A stretch of 64,000 bases of DNA from an uncultured Omnitrophica bacterium (GTDB taxonomy: Bacteria; Omnitrophota; Gorgyraeia; JACQQV01). The notes beneath the pieces are model-generated. The model ran no database searches. It was not told where the DNA came from and saw nothing but the letters and a program-made list of their open reading frames with translations. The position numbers were made by a program, and so were the translations under genes. This document shows, piece by piece, positions 63,367 to 64,000 of the stretch. The stretch covers positions 18,015 through 82,014 of the forward strand of contig CAMTXH010000010.1 in assembly GCA_947085655.1 (NCBI GenBank). Direction: 5' to 3'. Position 1 is the first letter of the stretch. Every line of letters starts with the position of its first letter.

Positions 63367-64000
63367 CTTTTCCTCAACTTTTCCGCAACCAGCTGATTTG
63401 CCCGGAAGAGCGATTCAAACGTCCCTGAGTCCGACCACCATCCCTCTAGGATGCCGTAGGTCATTTCTCCCTTCCGGATGTAGGCGTTATTGACATCCGT
63501 GATCTCAAGCTCTCCGCGAGCGGATGGTTTTAACGGGCGAATGATATCGAATACATGACCGTCGTACATATACACCCCTGTGACGATATAGTTGGATTTT
63601 GGTTTTTTCGGTTTTTCCTCAATCCGGGCCAATCTCCCGTTTTTAATCTCAGCCACACCAAACCTCTGGGGATCTTCCGCCTCTTTGAGCAGAATGCGTC
63701 CCCCCTTTTTCTGATTCCGGAATATATCAACTTCCTTTTGGATTCCTTTCTCCAGGATGTTGTCCCCCAAAATCACGACGATTTTCTCGCCGTTTGAAAA
63801 ATGCTCCGCCAACGACAGGGCATCGGCAATCCCGCCCTCCCCTTTCTGGTAGGCGTAGTGGATCTCCTTAAGCCCAAAGGCCTTTCCATCTCCGAGAAGT
63901 CTCAAAAAATCACCGGCGTTATTCCCTCCGGTCACGAGGAGAATGTCTCGGATGCCAGCTTCTACAAGTGTTTGGATCGGATAATAAATCATCGGTTTGT
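63363..64000 (-). CDS. Glucose-1-phosphate thymidylyltransferase (RmlA/SpsI-like), 5' end outside window
   Basis: KPMIYYP, GIA.AL, LGDN, EKP..PKS, SARGELEITD, W.D.GT. Confidence 0.9.
   Translation of the reverse strand, partial: KPMIYYPIQTLVEAGIRDILLVTGGNNAGDFLRLLGDGKAFGLKEIHYAYQKGEGGIADALSLAEHFSNGEKIVVILGDNILEKGIQKEVDIFRNQKKGGRILLKEAEDPQRFGVAEIKNGRLARIEEKPKKPKSNYIVTGVYMYDGHVFDIIRPLKPSARGELEITDVNNAYIRKGEMTYGILEGWWSDSGTFESLFRANQLVAEKLRKR

Overview
Bacterial chromosomal segment with moderately high GC. Gene content and order suggest an uncultured Gram-negative lineage, possibly Omnitrophota/PVC-related; this is an inference only. Every credible gene is on the minus strand. In transcription order (right to left): (1) a surface-glycan/LPS cluster with rmlA-like, intein-containing rmlB, rmlD, a GDP-sugar dehydratase/reductase, a UDP-sugar dehydrogenase, a LexA-DNA-binding-domain-only gene, UXS, GT9, GT2, epimerases, a DegT aminotransferase, GT87, gmhB and an MGDG-synthase-like GT; (2) udg-priA-fmt; (3) galT-gap-pgk-tpiA-secG and an Opp/Dpp ABC transporter interrupted by an SGNH gene; (4) thiG-leuC-[ORF6N relic, Phd/RelE]-leuD-leuB-asd-truA; (5) GT2, methyltransferase, polyprenol-P-mannose synthase and DUF2723-TPR; (6) rplM-rpsI; (7) argCJBDFGH-lysA-[accessory insert]-dapFAB-dapL-folK-panCD-nadX; (8) an unannotated 47-aa basic protein, uvrA and a partial TPR gene. 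The most notable signals are a 365-aa LAGLIDADG intein at the RmlB active site, an 80-bp structured direct repeat that supplies identical C-termini and stop codons to two glycosyltransferases and hides a GT9-like tail in another frame, a nucleotidyltransferase two-gene cassette bounded by 26-bp direct repeats, and several unrelated short-repeat families at gene junctions. No rRNA, tRNA, CRISPR array, transposase or integrase was recognised. All calls come from reading the sequence by eye; no searches were run.
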